Shown here: in pieces, positions 1 through 10,656 of the stretch
Layout of the letters: every line of letters starts with the position of its first letter
Numbering within the stretch: position 1 is the stretch's first letter
Assembly (NCBI GenBank): GCA_031283895.1
Contig: JAITAV010000010.1
Location: 43,823 to 107,822, forward strand
DNA: 64,000 bases
Direction of reading: 5' to 3'
From: Puniceicoccales bacterium
GTDB taxonomy: Bacteria; Verrucomicrobiota; Verrucomicrobiia; Opitutales; UBA9783
Position numbers and translations under genes: made by a program
Notes under the pieces: generated by a model
Told to the model about the DNA's origin: nothing
The model's input: only the letters and a program-made list of their open reading frames with translations
Databases searched by the model: none

Positions 1-97
1 CTGGCAAATAAGGCTTTTTTTCATACGCCCTATTCAACGGGAACACAGCCATCTTAAAGCGACGATTAATCCGAGTCGTAGGTCCAATGTAACGCAT
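1..97 (-). CDS. rpsD: 30S ribosomal protein S4, first 32 codons only (gene runs off left edge)
   Basis: Open-ended, so absent from the ORF track. The reverse strand from ATG (97..95) reads MRYIGPTTRINRRFKMAVFPLNRAYEKKPYLP, an S4-like N-terminus. It lies directly after rpsK, as in alpha operons. Confidence 0.75.
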   Translation of the reverse strand, partial: MRYIGPTTRINRRFKMAVFPLNRAYEKKPYLP

Positions 98-115
98 CTT
101 AAAAATCTTTAAATG

Positions 116-631
116 TTAAACTCTTCGCCTCTTTGGAGGACGACACCCATTATGAGGAACAGGGGTAACATCCTTAATACTCAAAACAGTTAATCCCAAC
201 GTTTGCAACGTTCTAATTGCAGAATCACGCCCCATACCTGGCCCCTTGACTTCAACCGTAATTTCTCTTAACCCGTGCCCCATGGCGATTTTAGCAGCTT
301 CTGTGGTTACCACTTGCGCTGCATAAGCCGTCGATTTCCGTGATCCTTTAAAATTACACCGTCCAGCACTTGACCAAGCCAACACATTTCCATGTACGTC
401 AGAAAATACAACTTTCGTGTTATTAAAGGAAGCCAAAATGTGACAAACCCCCACAGTAACATTCTTGCTACCTTTAGCACGCTTAATTTTTAAACCCTCT
501 TCTAATCCTTCCTGAATTAACAAAGAATTAGCACTTTCTTTTTCAACTGCATTTTTTACACCCTGGTCGGCAACCGTAACGGGCCCTGCTTCTACTTTTT
601 TTTCAGATTTTGAATTTTCATCCATAAACAT
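116..631 (-). CDS. rpsK: 30S ribosomal protein S11 with ~40-aa N-terminal extension
   Basis: 171-aa ORF. The C-terminal ~125 aa are canonical S11 ([35 protein letters not shown]). It lies between rpsM and rpsD. Confidence 0.97.
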   Translation of the reverse strand: MFMDENSKSEKKVEAGPVTVADQGVKNAVEKESANSLLIQEGLEEGLKIKRAKGSKNVTVGVCHILASFNNTKVVFSDVHGNVLAWSSAGRCNFKGSRKSTAYAAQVVTTEAAKIAMGHGLREITVEVKGPGMGRDSAIRTLQTLGLTVLSIKDVTPVPHNGCRPPKRRRV

Positions 632-646
632 TGTTCGCTCATAATG

Positions 647-1021
647 TTATTTTTTCGTGACCACACCCACCGTTTTTCGAGCTCCTTTACGCGTACGTGC
701 ATTGGTTTGCGTACGCTGACCACGCACGGGTAAACCTCTCAAATGACGCAACCCACGATAGCACCGAATCGCCTGCAAACGTTTAATATTTCCAATAATT
801 TCCCGACGTAAATCACCTTCAATTTTATAACCCGAATGCGCGATGGTTTCGGTAATTTTATTGAGCTCTTCTTCATTTAAATCACGTGCCCGTTTGTTCG
901 GATCTAACTGGGTAGTCTTAACGATTTCCAATGCACGCGTCAATCCAACACCGTAAACGTAACGCAATGCATAAGCCAATTTTTTATTTCCTGGTATTTC
1001 AACTCCGAGTAAACGAGGCAT
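647..1021 (-). CDS. rpsM: 30S ribosomal protein S13
   Basis: 124 aa; [14 protein letters not shown]...[25 protein letters not shown] is the S13 family pattern. Confidence 0.97.
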   Translation of the reverse strand: MPRLLGVEIPGNKKLAYALRYVYGVGLTRALEIVKTTQLDPNKRARDLNEEELNKITETIAHSGYKIEGDLRREIIGNIKRLQAIRCYRGLRHLRGLPVRGQRTQTNARTRKGARKTVGVVTKK

Positions 1022-1072
1022 AATAATCTACTTTTTTTATAACTTTTGTTTTGTAATGTTAAAAGGAATGCG

Positions 1073-1837
1073 TTAATTTTTTAGACTTGTCAATATTTCT
1101 GGTAAATCTTTTGTAATTAACACCGTATGTTCAAAGTGGGCACAATAATTGCCATCTTGGGTGACAATCGTCCACCCGTCCGACAAAGTTTTTATCGCCG
1201 GAGATCCTAACGTTAACATAGGTTCAATGGCAATAACCATGCCAGCACGCAACAAAGGCCCACTATGTGGTGCACCAAAGTTAGGAATCTGAGGTTCTTC
1301 GTGCATCTCACGGCCCACGCCATGACCCACCAATTCACGCACTACACCTAGGTGATTTTTTTCGGCAAAAGATTGAATAGCCCACGAAACATCTCCCACC
1401 CTATTACCTGCACGCGCTTGTTCTATGCCTTTATGGAGAGCCTGTTCCGTCACCGCAAGTAAATTTTTAACCGGTTCTGCCAATTGCCCTAATCCAATAG
1501 TACACGTATTGTCCCCAACAAATCCATTATAATTAAGCGCCACATCCAAACTTACGATGTCGCCCTCCTTCAAAATTTTTCCTTTACTTCCAATCCCATG
1601 TACCAATTGCTCATTGACCGAAACACACATGTAAGCGGGAAATTCATTGCCTTTGCGGCCATAACCATAAGTCGAACTCACAGCGCCACTTTCTTCAATA
1701 GCTTTTTTGGCAATTTGATCCAAATCGTACGTGCTTACCCCCAGTGTAACCGATCTTTTTACCTGATCAAGTACCCATGCAGCACAAGCTCCTGCTTCCC
1801 GTATTTTAGCAATTTCTTGATCCGTTTTCGCAATCAT
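1073..1837 (-). CDS. map: type I methionine aminopeptidase
   Basis: 254 aa; metal-ligand motifs DIVSLDV, VGHGVGREMHEEPQIPN, IEPML and FEHTVLIT. It follows secY, as in spc operons. Confidence 0.95.
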   Translation of the reverse strand: MIAKTDQEIAKIREAGACAAWVLDQVKRSVTLGVSTYDLDQIAKKAIEESGAVSSTYGYGRKGNEFPAYMCVSVNEQLVHGIGSKGKILKEGDIVSLDVALNYNGFVGDNTCTIGLGQLAEPVKNLLAVTEQALHKGIEQARAGNRVGDVSWAIQSFAEKNHLGVVRELVGHGVGREMHEEPQIPNFGAPHSGPLLRAGMVIAIEPMLTLGSPAIKTLSDGWTIVTQDGNYCAHFEHTVLITKDLPEILTSLKN

Positions 1838-1860
1838 TTAAATTTCACTTTACCTCAATA

Positions 1861-3375
1861 TTAAAGCAATGTCGTATTTAAGATCCACGCCAACAGTCCC
1901 ATAACAAACACGACAAGCACCGATATCCACAGTAACCGTAAACTTCTGTCTTCTGTATCGGTCAATTTTTGCATTTGGGACATAAAAGCAAAACGTCCTT
2001 TTATTTTACCTTTTGCCAAAAATCCATCATAATTTCTTTGCAGCAGATAAGTTTCCAATTGCTTGATCGTATCCAATAAAACCCCCACCGTAATAAGAGT
2101 TCCCGTACCACCAAAAAATAAAGCTACTTTGTAAGGTATCTTATACAAGAAATACAGTAAATCTGGAAATAAAGCTATAACTGTCAAAAATATTGCACCC
2201 GCCAATGTCAATCGGGTCATCACAAAATCTAAAAACTGAGCTGTACCATTGCCGGGTCGAACGCCCGGGATATATCCGCCATTCTTTTTTAAATCATCCG
2301 CCACTTGCAGCGGCTTAAACATGATGGAAACCCAAAAATAACTAAACCCTAATATTAGCAGACCGTAAACCGTGTAGTACAACCCAGAACCTTGCATAAG
2401 AATCATGGACCATTTTTGAAATACACTGACATCAAATGCAGCTCCCAAGTAAGCTAACAATTGTTGGGGGAACATGATGAGAGCACTGGCAAAAATCACC
2501 GGCATTACGCCTGCATAATTTACTTTTAAGGGTAAAAATGAACTCTGTCCTCCATACATTTTGCGGCCCACAACGCGCTTTGCATACTGCACAATAATCT
2601 TCCGTTGGGCTTGCGTAACCGCAATCATCGCCGCCACTACAGCAAATAATAAAATAATCATGAGTACTCCCTGAAGAAGGCCAAAATGCGTTTCATCTTC
2701 CAGTCCCAAAGGTTTTACAAATAAACTTCCAAATAAATATACACTTTGGGGTAACCCCGATAATATGCCCACCGTAATTAACAGAGAAATACCATTGCCT
2801 ACACCGCGCTGCGTAATTTGTTCCCCCAGCCATGTCAAAATTAATGTTCCCGTCGTTAGCAGCAATGTAGATACAAGCAAAAATGAAAAACCATTGTATA
2901 AAGCAATGGGACCATAGGTATTGACATCAAACCCCGGAAATAATTTGTCAGGATAATTGGTAAACGCCATCACCAACAACCATCCCTGAATAAAACAAAT
3001 TATCAGAGTAAGATACCTCGTATATTGCATTAATCGTTGACGTCCAAATTCTCCCTCCTGTTGTAACTTGGCTAGAGAAGGCAGCATGGCACCTAGTAAC
3101 TGAAATATAATCGACGCACTGATGTAAGGCATAATCCCAAGACCAAAAATGGCACCTTTTAAAAAAGCTCCTCCTGTAAATAAGTTGTATAAGCCTACCA
3201 ATTGCCCTCCACCTAACATTTTTTGACTTTCAAAAAAGGATTTTAAAGTTGTGGGATCAATACCGGGCAATGGAATATTACAACCTATTCTTGCAACAAA
3301 AAGTAAAGATAAAGTAAACACTATCCGTTGCTTTAATTCCGGAATTTTTAAACAATTCAAAAAAGCAGCAATCAT
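1861..3375 (-). CDS. secY: preprotein translocase subunit SecY (with 43-aa extra C-terminal tail)
   Basis: 504 aa; SecY multi-TM pattern (GIMPYISASIIFQLL, GGYIPGVRPG, RLTLAGAIFL, ...YDGFLAKGKIKGR). It lies downstream of rplO. Confidence 0.96.
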   Translation of the reverse strand: MIAAFLNCLKIPELKQRIVFTLSLLFVARIGCNIPLPGIDPTTLKSFFESQKMLGGGQLVGLYNLFTGGAFLKGAIFGLGIMPYISASIIFQLLGAMLPSLAKLQQEGEFGRQRLMQYTRYLTLIICFIQGWLLVMAFTNYPDKLFPGFDVNTYGPIALYNGFSFLLVSTLLLTTGTLILTWLGEQITQRGVGNGISLLITVGILSGLPQSVYLFGSLFVKPLGLEDETHFGLLQGVLMIILLFAVVAAMIAVTQAQRKIIVQYAKRVVGRKMYGGQSSFLPLKVNYAGVMPVIFASALIMFPQQLLAYLGAAFDVSVFQKWSMILMQGSGLYYTVYGLLILGFSYFWVSIMFKPLQVADDLKKNGGYIPGVRPGNGTAQFLDFVMTRLTLAGAIFLTVIALFPDLLYFLYKIPYKVALFFGGTGTLITVGVLLDTIKQLETYLLQRNYDGFLAKGKIKGRFAFMSQMQKLTDTEDRSLRLLWISVLVVFVMGLLAWILNTTLL

Positions 3376-3384
3376 GACCCCAGG

Positions 3385-3831
3385 TTACATCGCAATAAAC
3401 TGACCACCCGCAGCTTCAAGTTTAGACTTAGCGCTGGCGGTAATTTTATCGACTTTAACAGAAAACGCACGCGTAACTTCTCCATCCCCCAGCAATTTTA
3501 TGGGCATCGCTTGGGTATTGACCAAACCTGCATGAAATAAGACATTATAATCCACAATACCCGAAAAATCTTGGGCTAGTTTCTCTTCCAAATCCGCCAA
3601 AGAAATTAACTGATAATGCGTTTTAAATTTTGCATTATTAAAACCTCTCTTGGGGAACCGACGATAAATTGGAATACCCGAAAAATTAGTAGGCGTAGTA
3701 TACCCAGAACGGGCGTTCCCTCCCTTATTTCCACGGGAAGAAGTCTTCCCATGGCCACTTCCACGACCACAACCCAAACGTTTTACTTTTTTCGAACGAC
3801 CCGCAGTCTTTGGCAACTCACTCAACTTCAT
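3385..3831 (-). CDS. rplO: 50S ribosomal protein L15
   Basis: The track ORF (to 3882) overlaps the rpsE 3' end. I trimmed it to ATG 3831 (MKLSELPKTAGRSKK...), which is preceded by GAAGGAG. Gly/Arg-rich L15 N-domain (GRGSGHGKTSSRGNKGG). Confidence 0.93.
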   Translation of the reverse strand: MKLSELPKTAGRSKKVKRLGCGRGSGHGKTSSRGNKGGNARSGYTTPTNFSGIPIYRRFPKRGFNNAKFKTHYQLISLADLEEKLAQDFSGIVDYNVLFHAGLVNTQAMPIKLLGDGEVTRAFSVKVDKITASAKSKLEAAGGQFIAM

Positions 3832-3853
3832 CCTAAAAACTCCTTCAACCCGT

Positions 3854-4420
3854 TTACGCGTCTCCTTGATCCACATCCGCACTTCTCAGAGCCTTCACCT
3901 GCTCTTTTGTGCGTAATTTCAACAAGGCATCCAATGTTGCATGTACCATAGCAAGGTGATTATTGGAACCCAATGACTTGGATAAAACATCTTTCACACC
4001 AATTACCTCCAATACAGCCCGAACACCTCCCCCAGCAATAACACCGGTACCTGGACAAGCGGGTTTTAAAATGACGCGCCCACCGTCCGCACATCCTATG
4101 GTAACATGCGGGATCGTAGCATTGAGTAAAGAAACTTGAAAGACCCTCTTCTTGGCGCTTCCACTCGCTTTACGAATAGCGTCCGACACTTCCTTAGATT
4201 TACCTTGACCAATCCCTATCAACCCATTCTTGTTCCCAGCTACCACCAAAACTCCAAAACTAAAACGACGGCCTCCTTTGACAACTTTGGCACAACGATT
4301 AATATAAACCACCTTCTCGTTCCAACCTTGAATAGGTTCCGAGACAAGCAATTCAGATTGACTCCCTAAATTTTCAAATTCTCGCGTAAATTTACCCTCT
4401 TCTTTGACCTTCGTAACCAT
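3854..4420 (-). CDS. rpsE: 30S ribosomal protein S5
   Basis: 188 aa; INRCAKVVKGGRRFSFGVLVVAGNKNG and GTGVIAGGGVRAVLE are S5 motifs. Confidence 0.97.
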   Translation of the reverse strand: MVTKVKEEGKFTREFENLGSQSELLVSEPIQGWNEKVVYINRCAKVVKGGRRFSFGVLVVAGNKNGLIGIGQGKSKEVSDAIRKASGSAKKRVFQVSLLNATIPHVTIGCADGGRVILKPACPGTGVIAGGGVRAVLEVIGVKDVLSKSLGSNNHLAMVHATLDALLKLRTKEQVKALRSADVDQGDA

Positions 4421-4429
4421 AAATACTTT

Positions 4430-4792
4430 TTAAAAATGAATATCTTGCGCTCTGACAGCCTCCGCAAAAGCCTTTACACAACCATGATACGAGCGACCAG
4501 AACGATCAAAAACAACCGACACAATGCCCTTTGTTTTCAAATAAGCTCCAAAAGCTTTTCCAAAAGCCTCGGAACCTGAATAATTAGGCTTCAAATGTTG
4601 TTCTTTTAAATCCTTTGACAAAGAAGATAACGCTTCGAGAGTTTTCCCAACCGTATCATCGATACATTGTGCATATATATGCTTATTGGAAAGACATAAC
4701 GCCAAGCGAGGCCGCTTCAAAGTGCCCTTTACTTTCGAACGAATTCTAAAACGTCGATTTTTTTCCAAACGTTGCTTTTCAAACAATTTCAT
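4430..4792 (-). CDS. rplR: 50S ribosomal protein L18
   Basis: 120 aa; RPRLALCLSNKHIYAQCIDD...VVFDRSGRSYHGCVKAFAEAVR. Confidence 0.96.
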   Translation of the reverse strand: MKLFEKQRLEKNRRFRIRSKVKGTLKRPRLALCLSNKHIYAQCIDDTVGKTLEALSSLSKDLKEQHLKPNYSGSEAFGKAFGAYLKTKGIVSVVFDRSGRSYHGCVKAFAEAVRAQDIHF

Positions 4793-4800
4793 ATCTTCAA

Positions 4801-5337
4801 CTAAGCCTTTTTCTTACCTTCCTTATGACGAACAAACTCACCTGCAATGCGTACCCCTTTACCTTTATAAGGTTCAACCGGATAATAATATTTAATATGC
4901 GCCGCAACCTGCCCAACCAAATATTTATCGGCCCCTTCCACATGAACTTTCGTACCGTCTTTAACCTGAATGGCAATGCCTTCGGGAATTTTGTATTTTA
5001 TAACATGCGAAAAACCCAAAGATAAATCCAATACGGTTCCATTTAAGGCAGCTTTAAACCCTACACCTTGTATTTCCAGATCTTTAGAAAATACTTCTTG
5101 TACACCCTGTACCATGTTTGCCAGTATAGAACGCGCTGTGCCATGCATGGCCTGCGACAGTCGGTCCGATCCCAAAGGAATGACGGTTAATGTGTTGGAA
5201 TCTTGCTGAATTTTAACGCAAGCAGCAAACGTCTTCTTTAAAACGCCTTTAGGTCCTGTCACCGTAACTTCTGAACCCACAACACTTACCTTAACCTTGT
5301 CTCCCAAAACAATGGGAAGCTTCCCCTTCCTGCTCAT
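4801..5337 (-). CDS. rplF: 50S ribosomal protein L6
   Basis: 178 aa; MSRKGKLPI...VTVTGPKG...QGVGFKA...YKGKGVR. Confidence 0.96.
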   Translation of the reverse strand: MSRKGKLPIVLGDKVKVSVVGSEVTVTGPKGVLKKTFAACVKIQQDSNTLTVIPLGSDRLSQAMHGTARSILANMVQGVQEVFSKDLEIQGVGFKAALNGTVLDLSLGFSHVIKYKIPEGIAIQVKDGTKVHVEGADKYLVGQVAAHIKYYYPVEPYKGKGVRIAGEFVRHKEGKKKA

Positions 5338-5341
5338 ACTC

Positions 5342-5731
5342 TTACCACACTTTACAAATTAATTCACCACCCACACACATTTGTCTAGCTTGTTTCCCAC
5401 TTAAAATACCCCTCGACGTAGACAAAATACACATACCTAAGCCACTTAACACACTTGGAATTTTATTTTTCCTTACATACCAACGCGCACCTGGCTTACT
5501 ACAACGTTGCAAAACATTTAAGACCGAAACCCCTTTCACGTACTTCAGTTGAATTTCCAAATCTTTGAACCCATTTTCGCCACAAATCTCACTGACATTC
5601 GCAATATAGCCTTCTTGTTTTAGAAGCAAAGCCACCTCTTTGCGCATGTTTGAAAATTGTGCTTTACACGCTGACTTCCGCGCACGAACCGCATTACGAA
5701 TTATCGTCAAAAAATCACCTATCGTATCCAT
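5342..5731 (-). CDS. rpsH: 30S ribosomal protein S8
   Basis: 129 aa; DTIGDFLTIIRNA...ILSTSRGILSGKQARQMCVGGELICKVW. Confidence 0.96.
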   Translation of the reverse strand: MDTIGDFLTIIRNAVRARKSACKAQFSNMRKEVALLLKQEGYIANVSEICGENGFKDLEIQLKYVKGVSVLNVLQRCSKPGARWYVRKNKIPSVLSGLGMCILSTSRGILSGKQARQMCVGGELICKVW

Positions 5732-5735
5732 ATCG

Positions 5736-6041
5736 TTACCAAGAAGCTTTTGTTACACCCGGCAGTAAGCCTTTTAATGCAAATTCACGCAAGGTTAAAC
5801 GCGAAACACCAAATTTTCTAAAATATCCACGTGCACGCCCAGTAATTGAACAGCGATTTCGTACGCGTATACGTGAAGAATTTCTAGGTAGCAAAGCCAA
5901 CGCGCGTTGGGCTTTAAAAAACTCCTCATCCGAGACCTCTAAAGTCAACAATTTGGACTTCAATGCTCGACGCCTCTCCGAGTGTTTTTCAACCAAATAC
6001 ACACGCTTTTTATTCCGCTCCACAGAAGATTTTTTCGCCAT
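5736..6041 (-). CDS. rpsN: 30S ribosomal protein S14 (long, non-zinc form)
   Basis: 101 aa; [26 protein letters not shown]...KASW. Confidence 0.96.
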   Translation of the reverse strand: MAKKSSVERNKKRVYLVEKHSERRRALKSKLLTLEVSDEEFFKAQRALALLPRNSSRIRVRNRCSITGRARGYFRKFGVSRLTLREFALKGLLPGVTKASW

Positions 6042-6049
6042 AAAACTCC

Positions 6050-6610
6050 TTATTTCCTAAATACTACGCCTAATCCTTCCAATAAACTCAACCCTTCTTT
6101 GTCAGAACGCGCAGTTGTTACGATGGCAATATCCATCCCAATATTCTGACGATTGCTAGACTCCACCTTAATTTCTGGGAAAATGGTATGATCTACTATA
6201 CCCACATTTAAATTACCTCGACGATCCATTTTCTTGGATACACCTCTAAAATCTCGGATCACCGGCAAAGCAATGTTGATTAAACGATATAAAAAATCGT
6301 ACATGCGATTTCCACGCAAAGTTACCTTAACTCCGGTAGGGATCCCTTGCCGAAGTTTAAAATTTGAAATACTCTTTTTGGCCTTCGTAATCAAAGGCTT
6401 CTGCCCAGCTATCAAGCTCACTTCTTTAACCAATTGTTCCACATGTGCCTTATCGGCATCCGCATTAATTCTGGAATTTAAAACAACTTTCTCAACCTTT
6501 GGCACAACGTGAATGTTTTTGTAACCAAATTGTTCCTTCAAAATTGGAACCACTTGCTTAAAATAATAATCCTTCAATGCAGGTACCGTCTTCATTTGAT
6601 TGCTTCCCAT
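6050..6610 (-). CDS. rplE: 50S ribosomal protein L5
   Basis: 186 aa; [28 protein letters not shown]. Its position in the spc cluster fits. Confidence 0.96.
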   Translation of the reverse strand: MGSNQMKTVPALKDYYFKQVVPILKEQFGYKNIHVVPKVEKVVLNSRINADADKAHVEQLVKEVSLIAGQKPLITKAKKSISNFKLRQGIPTGVKVTLRGNRMYDFLYRLINIALPVIRDFRGVSKKMDRRGNLNVGIVDHTIFPEIKVESSNRQNIGMDIAIVTTARSDKEGLSLLEGLGVVFRK

Positions 6611-6637
6611 TTAAAATATCCTACATATCATTACCAA

Positions 6638-6901
6638 TTAACGAGCTGACTTTTTTTGAGCTCTTCTTTCCACTTCTGCCAAGGACATAACATTGGAATA
6701 ATGAATCGGCATCTCTCTTTCCACAATACTTCCCGCAGTATTCTCCTGTGTCTTTTTTAAATGTTTTTTGCGCAAATTGACACCTTCCACAATTACCTTC
6801 TGCGTTTCGCGAAAAACCTTTAAAATTCCCCCCTTTTTTCCCTTGTGAGCCCCCGAAATAATTACAACATCACTACCTTTTTTTAAATTATACTTCATCA
6901 T
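6638..6901 (-). CDS. rplX: 50S ribosomal protein L24
   Basis: 87 aa; KOW motif [20 protein letters not shown]. It lies between rplN and rplE. Confidence 0.94.
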   Translation of the reverse strand: MMKYNLKKGSDVVIISGAHKGKKGGILKVFRETQKVIVEGVNLRKKHLKKTQENTAGSIVEREMPIHYSNVMSLAEVERRAQKKSAR

Positions 6902-7263
6902 ATAACCTCTGGAGCCAACGAAATAATTTTCATAAAATTCTTTTGACGCAATTCGCGAGCGATGGGACCAAACACACGTGTCCCCTTAGGATTGTCGTTG
7001 CCATCAATAATAATGCAGGCATTCGAATCAAATCGTAAAAAACTCCCATCTTTGCGGGCAATTGGATGTTTTGTTCTAACAATCACGGCGCGTACAACGC
7101 TTCCTTTTTTTACATTTGCCTCTGGAGTGCTTGCTTTAACAGCTGCGATAATCACATCACCCACTTTAGCGGTACGTTTATTTTGACCTAAGCGACGGAT
7201 CATCGTTACATATTTTGCTCCCGTATTATCTGCAACTTCCAATCGACTATTCATCTGTAACAT
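6898..7263 (-). CDS. rplN: 50S ribosomal protein L14
   Basis: The track ORF (to 7311) overlaps rpsQ. I trimmed it to ATG 7263, giving the canonical [17 protein letters not shown] start (122 aa). Confidence 0.95.
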   Translation of the reverse strand: MLQMNSRLEVADNTGAKYVTMIRRLGQNKRTAKVGDVIIAAVKASTPEANVKKGSVVRAVIVRTKHPIARKDGSFLRFDSNACIIIDGNDNPKGTRVFGPIARELRQKNFMKIISLAPEVI

Positions 7264-7276
7264 AATTCCACCCTTT

Positions 7277-7546
7277 TTATGCTTGAACCTTGTCCAATAC
7301 ACGAACAACACGCCAACGCTTCATGTGACTCAGGGGACGTGTGGACATAATCTCTACTTTATCTCCCACATTGCAAACATTATCGGCATCGTGGACATGC
7401 AATACCGTTTTACGTTTTACCTCTTTACGATAAAGACCATGGGGCCGTTTATAAAAGAAAACGACCTTAATCGATTTATCACCCGAACGACTTGTAACGC
7501 TCCCTACCAAAGTTTTACGCTGTTTTCTCTCTACCAAATGATTCAT
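7277..7546 (-). CDS. rpsQ: 30S ribosomal protein S17
   Basis: 89 aa; [18 protein letters not shown]...[21 protein letters not shown]. Confidence 0.96.
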   Translation of the reverse strand: MNHLVERKQRKTLVGSVTSRSGDKSIKVVFFYKRPHGLYRKEVKRKTVLHVHDADNVCNVGDKVEIMSTRPLSHMKRWRVVRVLDKVQA

Positions 7547-7576
7547 ATATGTAAACGCATTTTTTATACTGTAACC

Positions 7577-7765
7577 CTACGTAATCTGTCGCGACAACGC
7601 CATTTTCATACGCGCTATATTTTTACGTAAGCTGCGCATTACCGAAGGACTTTTAAGCTGCCCTAATCCTTTTTTCATTCGCAATTCAAAATATTGTTGC
7701 GAAAATTCAGCAATTCGTTCACGCATTTCTCCCGGTGTTAACTTTAAAATATCCTTAGTTTTCAT
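7577..7765 (-). CDS. rpmC: 50S ribosomal protein L29
   Basis: 62 aa; ELRMKKGLGQLKSPSVMRSLRKNIARM. It lies between rplP and rpsQ. Confidence 0.93.
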   Translation of the reverse strand: MKTKDILKLTPGEMRERIAEFSQQYFELRMKKGLGQLKSPSVMRSLRKNIARMKMALSRQIT

Positions 7766-7778
7766 TACAAAATTTTAC

Positions 7779-8210
7779 TCAAAAACGTTGCATTAAAGTT
7801 TCTCTACTTAAAAAACGGCAACGAAGGCCCAATTTTCTATCCGCCAAACTCATAGCTTCCCTAGCTATGGCCAACGAAATTCCCGCTAATTCAAACAAAA
7901 TAGCACCTGGTTTTGCCACGGCTACCCAATATTCTACATTTCCCTTACCTTTACCCATACGTGTTTCAGCGGGCTTCTTTGTGATTGGTTTTTGAGGAAA
8001 TACACGCATCCACATTTTTCCTTTTCTTTTTAAATGGCGGTTAATCGCAACTCGTGCAGCTTCCAATTGTGCAGCTGTAATTTTTCCTCGTTCCATAACT
8101 TGAATCCCAAAATCCCCAAAAGCTAACGCGCTACCACCCTTTGCATTACCGTAAATACGCCCTTTTTGGACTTTACGATATTTCGTCTTAGCTGGAAGTA
8201 AAATCGCCAT
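7779..8210 (-). CDS. rplP: 50S ribosomal protein L16
   Basis: 143 aa; [15 protein letters not shown]...[17 protein letters not shown]. Confidence 0.97.
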   Translation of the reverse strand: MAILLPAKTKYRKVQKGRIYGNAKGGSALAFGDFGIQVMERGKITAAQLEAARVAINRHLKRKGKMWMRVFPQKPITKKPAETRMGKGKGNVEYWVAVAKPGAILFELAGISLAIAREAMSLADRKLGLRCRFLSRETLMQRF

Positions 8211-8222
8211 ACAAAACCTACT

Positions 8223-8846
8223 TTAATTATTACCGTGACAAATCCAACATTTCACACCAATGGTTCCATAAACGGTCTGAGCTTCGTTAAAACCGTAATC
8301 TACATCGGCACGTAATGTATGCAAAGGTACACTCCCCGCTCGTTGCGATTCCGTTCTTGCGATTTCGGCCCCACCTAAACGGCCAGAACACTGAACACGA
8401 ATTCCTTTGGCACCCATACTCATTGCCAACTGGATGGCCTTTTTCATGGCACGTCTAAATGAAATTCTTTTCTCCAATTGCAAGGCAACATTTTCCGCAA
8501 CCAATTGGGCTATCAAATCAGGATTTTTAAGATCTTGTACATCCAACAAGACATCCTTGCACACCAATTTTTGTAGCTGATTCTTAATCTTTTCGAGTTC
8601 CTGACCCTTCCTGCCAATAATAACCCCCGGCCGACCACTTAAGACGGTAATTCTGATGCGAGAACCCGCACGCTCCAACAAAACATCCTGTACGGAAGCA
8701 TAACGTAACTTCTTGTGCAAAAACTCGCGAATTTTGTGATCTTCGGCAATCCACAAAGCATAACGATTCCCTGAAGCATACCAACGCGAACGCCAATCCC
8801 TACGCACCGAAAGACGAAAACCAATAGGATTTACTTTTTGTCCCAT
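8223..8846 (-). CDS. rpsC: 30S ribosomal protein S3
   Basis: 207 aa; MGQKVNPIGFRL, a KH domain, GRLGGAEIARTE. Confidence 0.97.
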   Translation of the reverse strand: MGQKVNPIGFRLSVRRDWRSRWYASGNRYALWIAEDHKIREFLHKKLRYASVQDVLLERAGSRIRITVLSGRPGVIIGRKGQELEKIKNQLQKLVCKDVLLDVQDLKNPDLIAQLVAENVALQLEKRISFRRAMKKAIQLAMSMGAKGIRVQCSGRLGGAEIARTESQRAGSVPLHTLRADVDYGFNEAQTVYGTIGVKCWICHGNN

Positions 8847-8849
8847 AAT

Positions 8850-9209
8850 TTACTTCTTACAATCCTTTTCATTCTCATCCTTGGAGGTCAATACAATTTT
8901 GATATGACTTGTCCGCTTTCGAATAGGATGGGCTGACCCACGCGCAACGGCTTGAAACCTTTTAATAACAGGCCCCTCATTCACAATGGCTTCCGATAAA
9001 GTCAATTGATCTATCGATAAATTAAAATTATTTTCAGCATTTGCCACGGCACTTTTTAAAGTCTTAAACATCAAACGAGCTGATTTTCTAGGAATCCACT
9101 TTAAACTTTGCAAGGCACCATCCGCAGGCATACCCACCAAATTTCTTGCCAAAGCACGTGCCTTCAATGGAGAAATTCGCACATATTTTGTCACAGCTTG
9201 AACTTTCAT
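8850..9209 (-). CDS. rplV: 50S ribosomal protein L22
   Basis: 119 aa; [19 protein letters not shown]...[18 protein letters not shown]. Confidence 0.96.
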   Translation of the reverse strand: MKVQAVTKYVRISPLKARALARNLVGMPADGALQSLKWIPRKSARLMFKTLKSAVANAENNFNLSIDQLTLSEAIVNEGPVIKRFQAVARGSAHPIRKRTSHIKIVLTSKDENEKDCKK

Positions 9210-9481
9210 AAGGCCTTTTGTGTATGAGGATTATGCGATTTAAAAGTCCGCGTCGGTGCAAATTCACCCAATTTGTGGCCCACCATGTTTTCCGTAACGT
9301 AAACCGGAAAAAAACTTTTTCCATTATGTACATTAAAATTCAAACCCACAAACTCTGGCGTAATAGTAGACCGGCGGGACCAAGTTTGAATGGGTTTTTT
9401 GTTTCCGGATTTTTGAAATAAATCCACCTTATCCATCAATTTTGGATCCACAAAAAAACCCTTCTTTAACGAACGTGCCAT
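9206..9481 (-). CDS. rpsS: 30S ribosomal protein S19
   Basis: 91 aa; [12 protein letters not shown]...[30 protein letters not shown]. Confidence 0.97.
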   Translation of the reverse strand: MARSLKKGFFVDPKLMDKVDLFQKSGNKKPIQTWSRRSTITPEFVGLNFNVHNGKSFFPVYVTENMVGHKLGEFAPTRTFKSHNPHTQKAL

Positions 9482-9488
9482 AGTCTTT

Positions 9489-10331
9489 CTATCTCCTCTT
9501 TAATTTCTTTCCATTACGACGTATTAAAATGTATTTATTAGTAACATTCTTACGTTTCCGCGTTATGTAACCTTTTGCAAGTTGCCCCCACGGAGACACC
9601 GGATGGTTTCCTCCGCCCGTTTGACCACCTCCCATTGGATGATCTACGGGGTTCATGGCTACACCCCTAACACTGGGCCGACGACCTTTCCAACGCTTAC
9701 GACCCGCCTTTCCAAGAATTACATTCTGATGATCAATATTACCTACCCTACCAATCGTAGCCCGACAGCGTGCATCCACCAAACGGATTTCGCCACTGGG
9801 CATTTTTAAAGAAGCATATCCATCTTCAAGACTCACCAATTCTAATCCAACACCGGCTCCCCGAGCTAATTGAGCTCCTTTACCCGGAACTAATTCAACC
9901 GCATGCACATTCATGGCCAACGGAATACACGACAACGGGAAACTCATGCCAACACGATAATTAGAAACAGGGTTATTTAAACTCACTACGGAATCACCGA
10001 TCGCTAAACCTTCGGGCGCTAAAATATAACATTTTTCCCCATCAACGTACTTCAAAAGTGCCAAATGCGCAGAACGATTCGGATCGTACTCTATGGACTC
10101 TACTGTTGCGGCAACATTACATTTATCTCGTTTAAAATCAACTAAACGATATAAACGTTTGTGCCCACCTCCACGATGACGACATGTAATACGCCCGTAA
10201 CAATTACGTCCACGATTATATTGAAAACCTCCCGTTAACTTTGGCTCCGGCTCTTTTTTAGACGTCCATGACTTATTTTTTACCAAAAATCGTTGTCCCG
10301 GCGTCAAAGGCGTACTTTTTATCAATATCAT
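9489..10331 (-). CDS. rplB: 50S ribosomal protein L2
   Basis: 280 aa; [28 protein letters not shown]. Confidence 0.97.
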   Translation of the reverse strand: MILIKSTPLTPGQRFLVKNKSWTSKKEPEPKLTGGFQYNRGRNCYGRITCRHRGGGHKRLYRLVDFKRDKCNVAATVESIEYDPNRSAHLALLKYVDGEKCYILAPEGLAIGDSVVSLNNPVSNYRVGMSFPLSCIPLAMNVHAVELVPGKGAQLARGAGVGLELVSLEDGYASLKMPSGEIRLVDARCRATIGRVGNIDHQNVILGKAGRKRWKGRRPSVRGVAMNPVDHPMGGGQTGGGNHPVSPWGQLAKGYITRKRKNVTNKYILIRRNGKKLKRR

Positions 10332-10344
10332 ACCAATTCTACCC

Positions 10345-10656
10345 TCACATCATGTCAATCTTGTAGCCCTTTGCCAAGACAACCATCGCCTTTTTCATAC
10401 CTCCCACGTAACCGGGACGAGCACGCCGTATACGACTGCGTTTCATTTTAGCTTTCCTATTTAAAATCCTAACCTGCTTGACCTTCACTTTGAACGCATT
10501 TTCTACCGCCGCTTTCACTTCCAAACGATTTGCCTCTTGGATAACTTCAAACGTATAGCATGCATCCTTCGAAGTAAGTAAGCTTGCCTTCTCCGTTACT
10601 CTGCACTCTTTTACCACTTTACAAGGTTCTATCATAGTAAGATTTTTTATCAACAA
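10345..10656 (-). CDS. rplW: 50S ribosomal protein L23
   Basis: The track ORF starts at TTG 10656 and overlaps the rplD stop; the alternative ATG is at 10635. RVTEKASLL...FKVKVKQVRILN is the L23 pattern. Confidence 0.92.
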   Translation of the reverse strand: MLIKNLTMIEPCKVVKECRVTEKASLLTSKDACYTFEVIQEANRLEVKAAVENAFKVKVKQVRILNRKAKMKRSRIRRARPGYVGGMKKAMVVLAKGYKIDMM

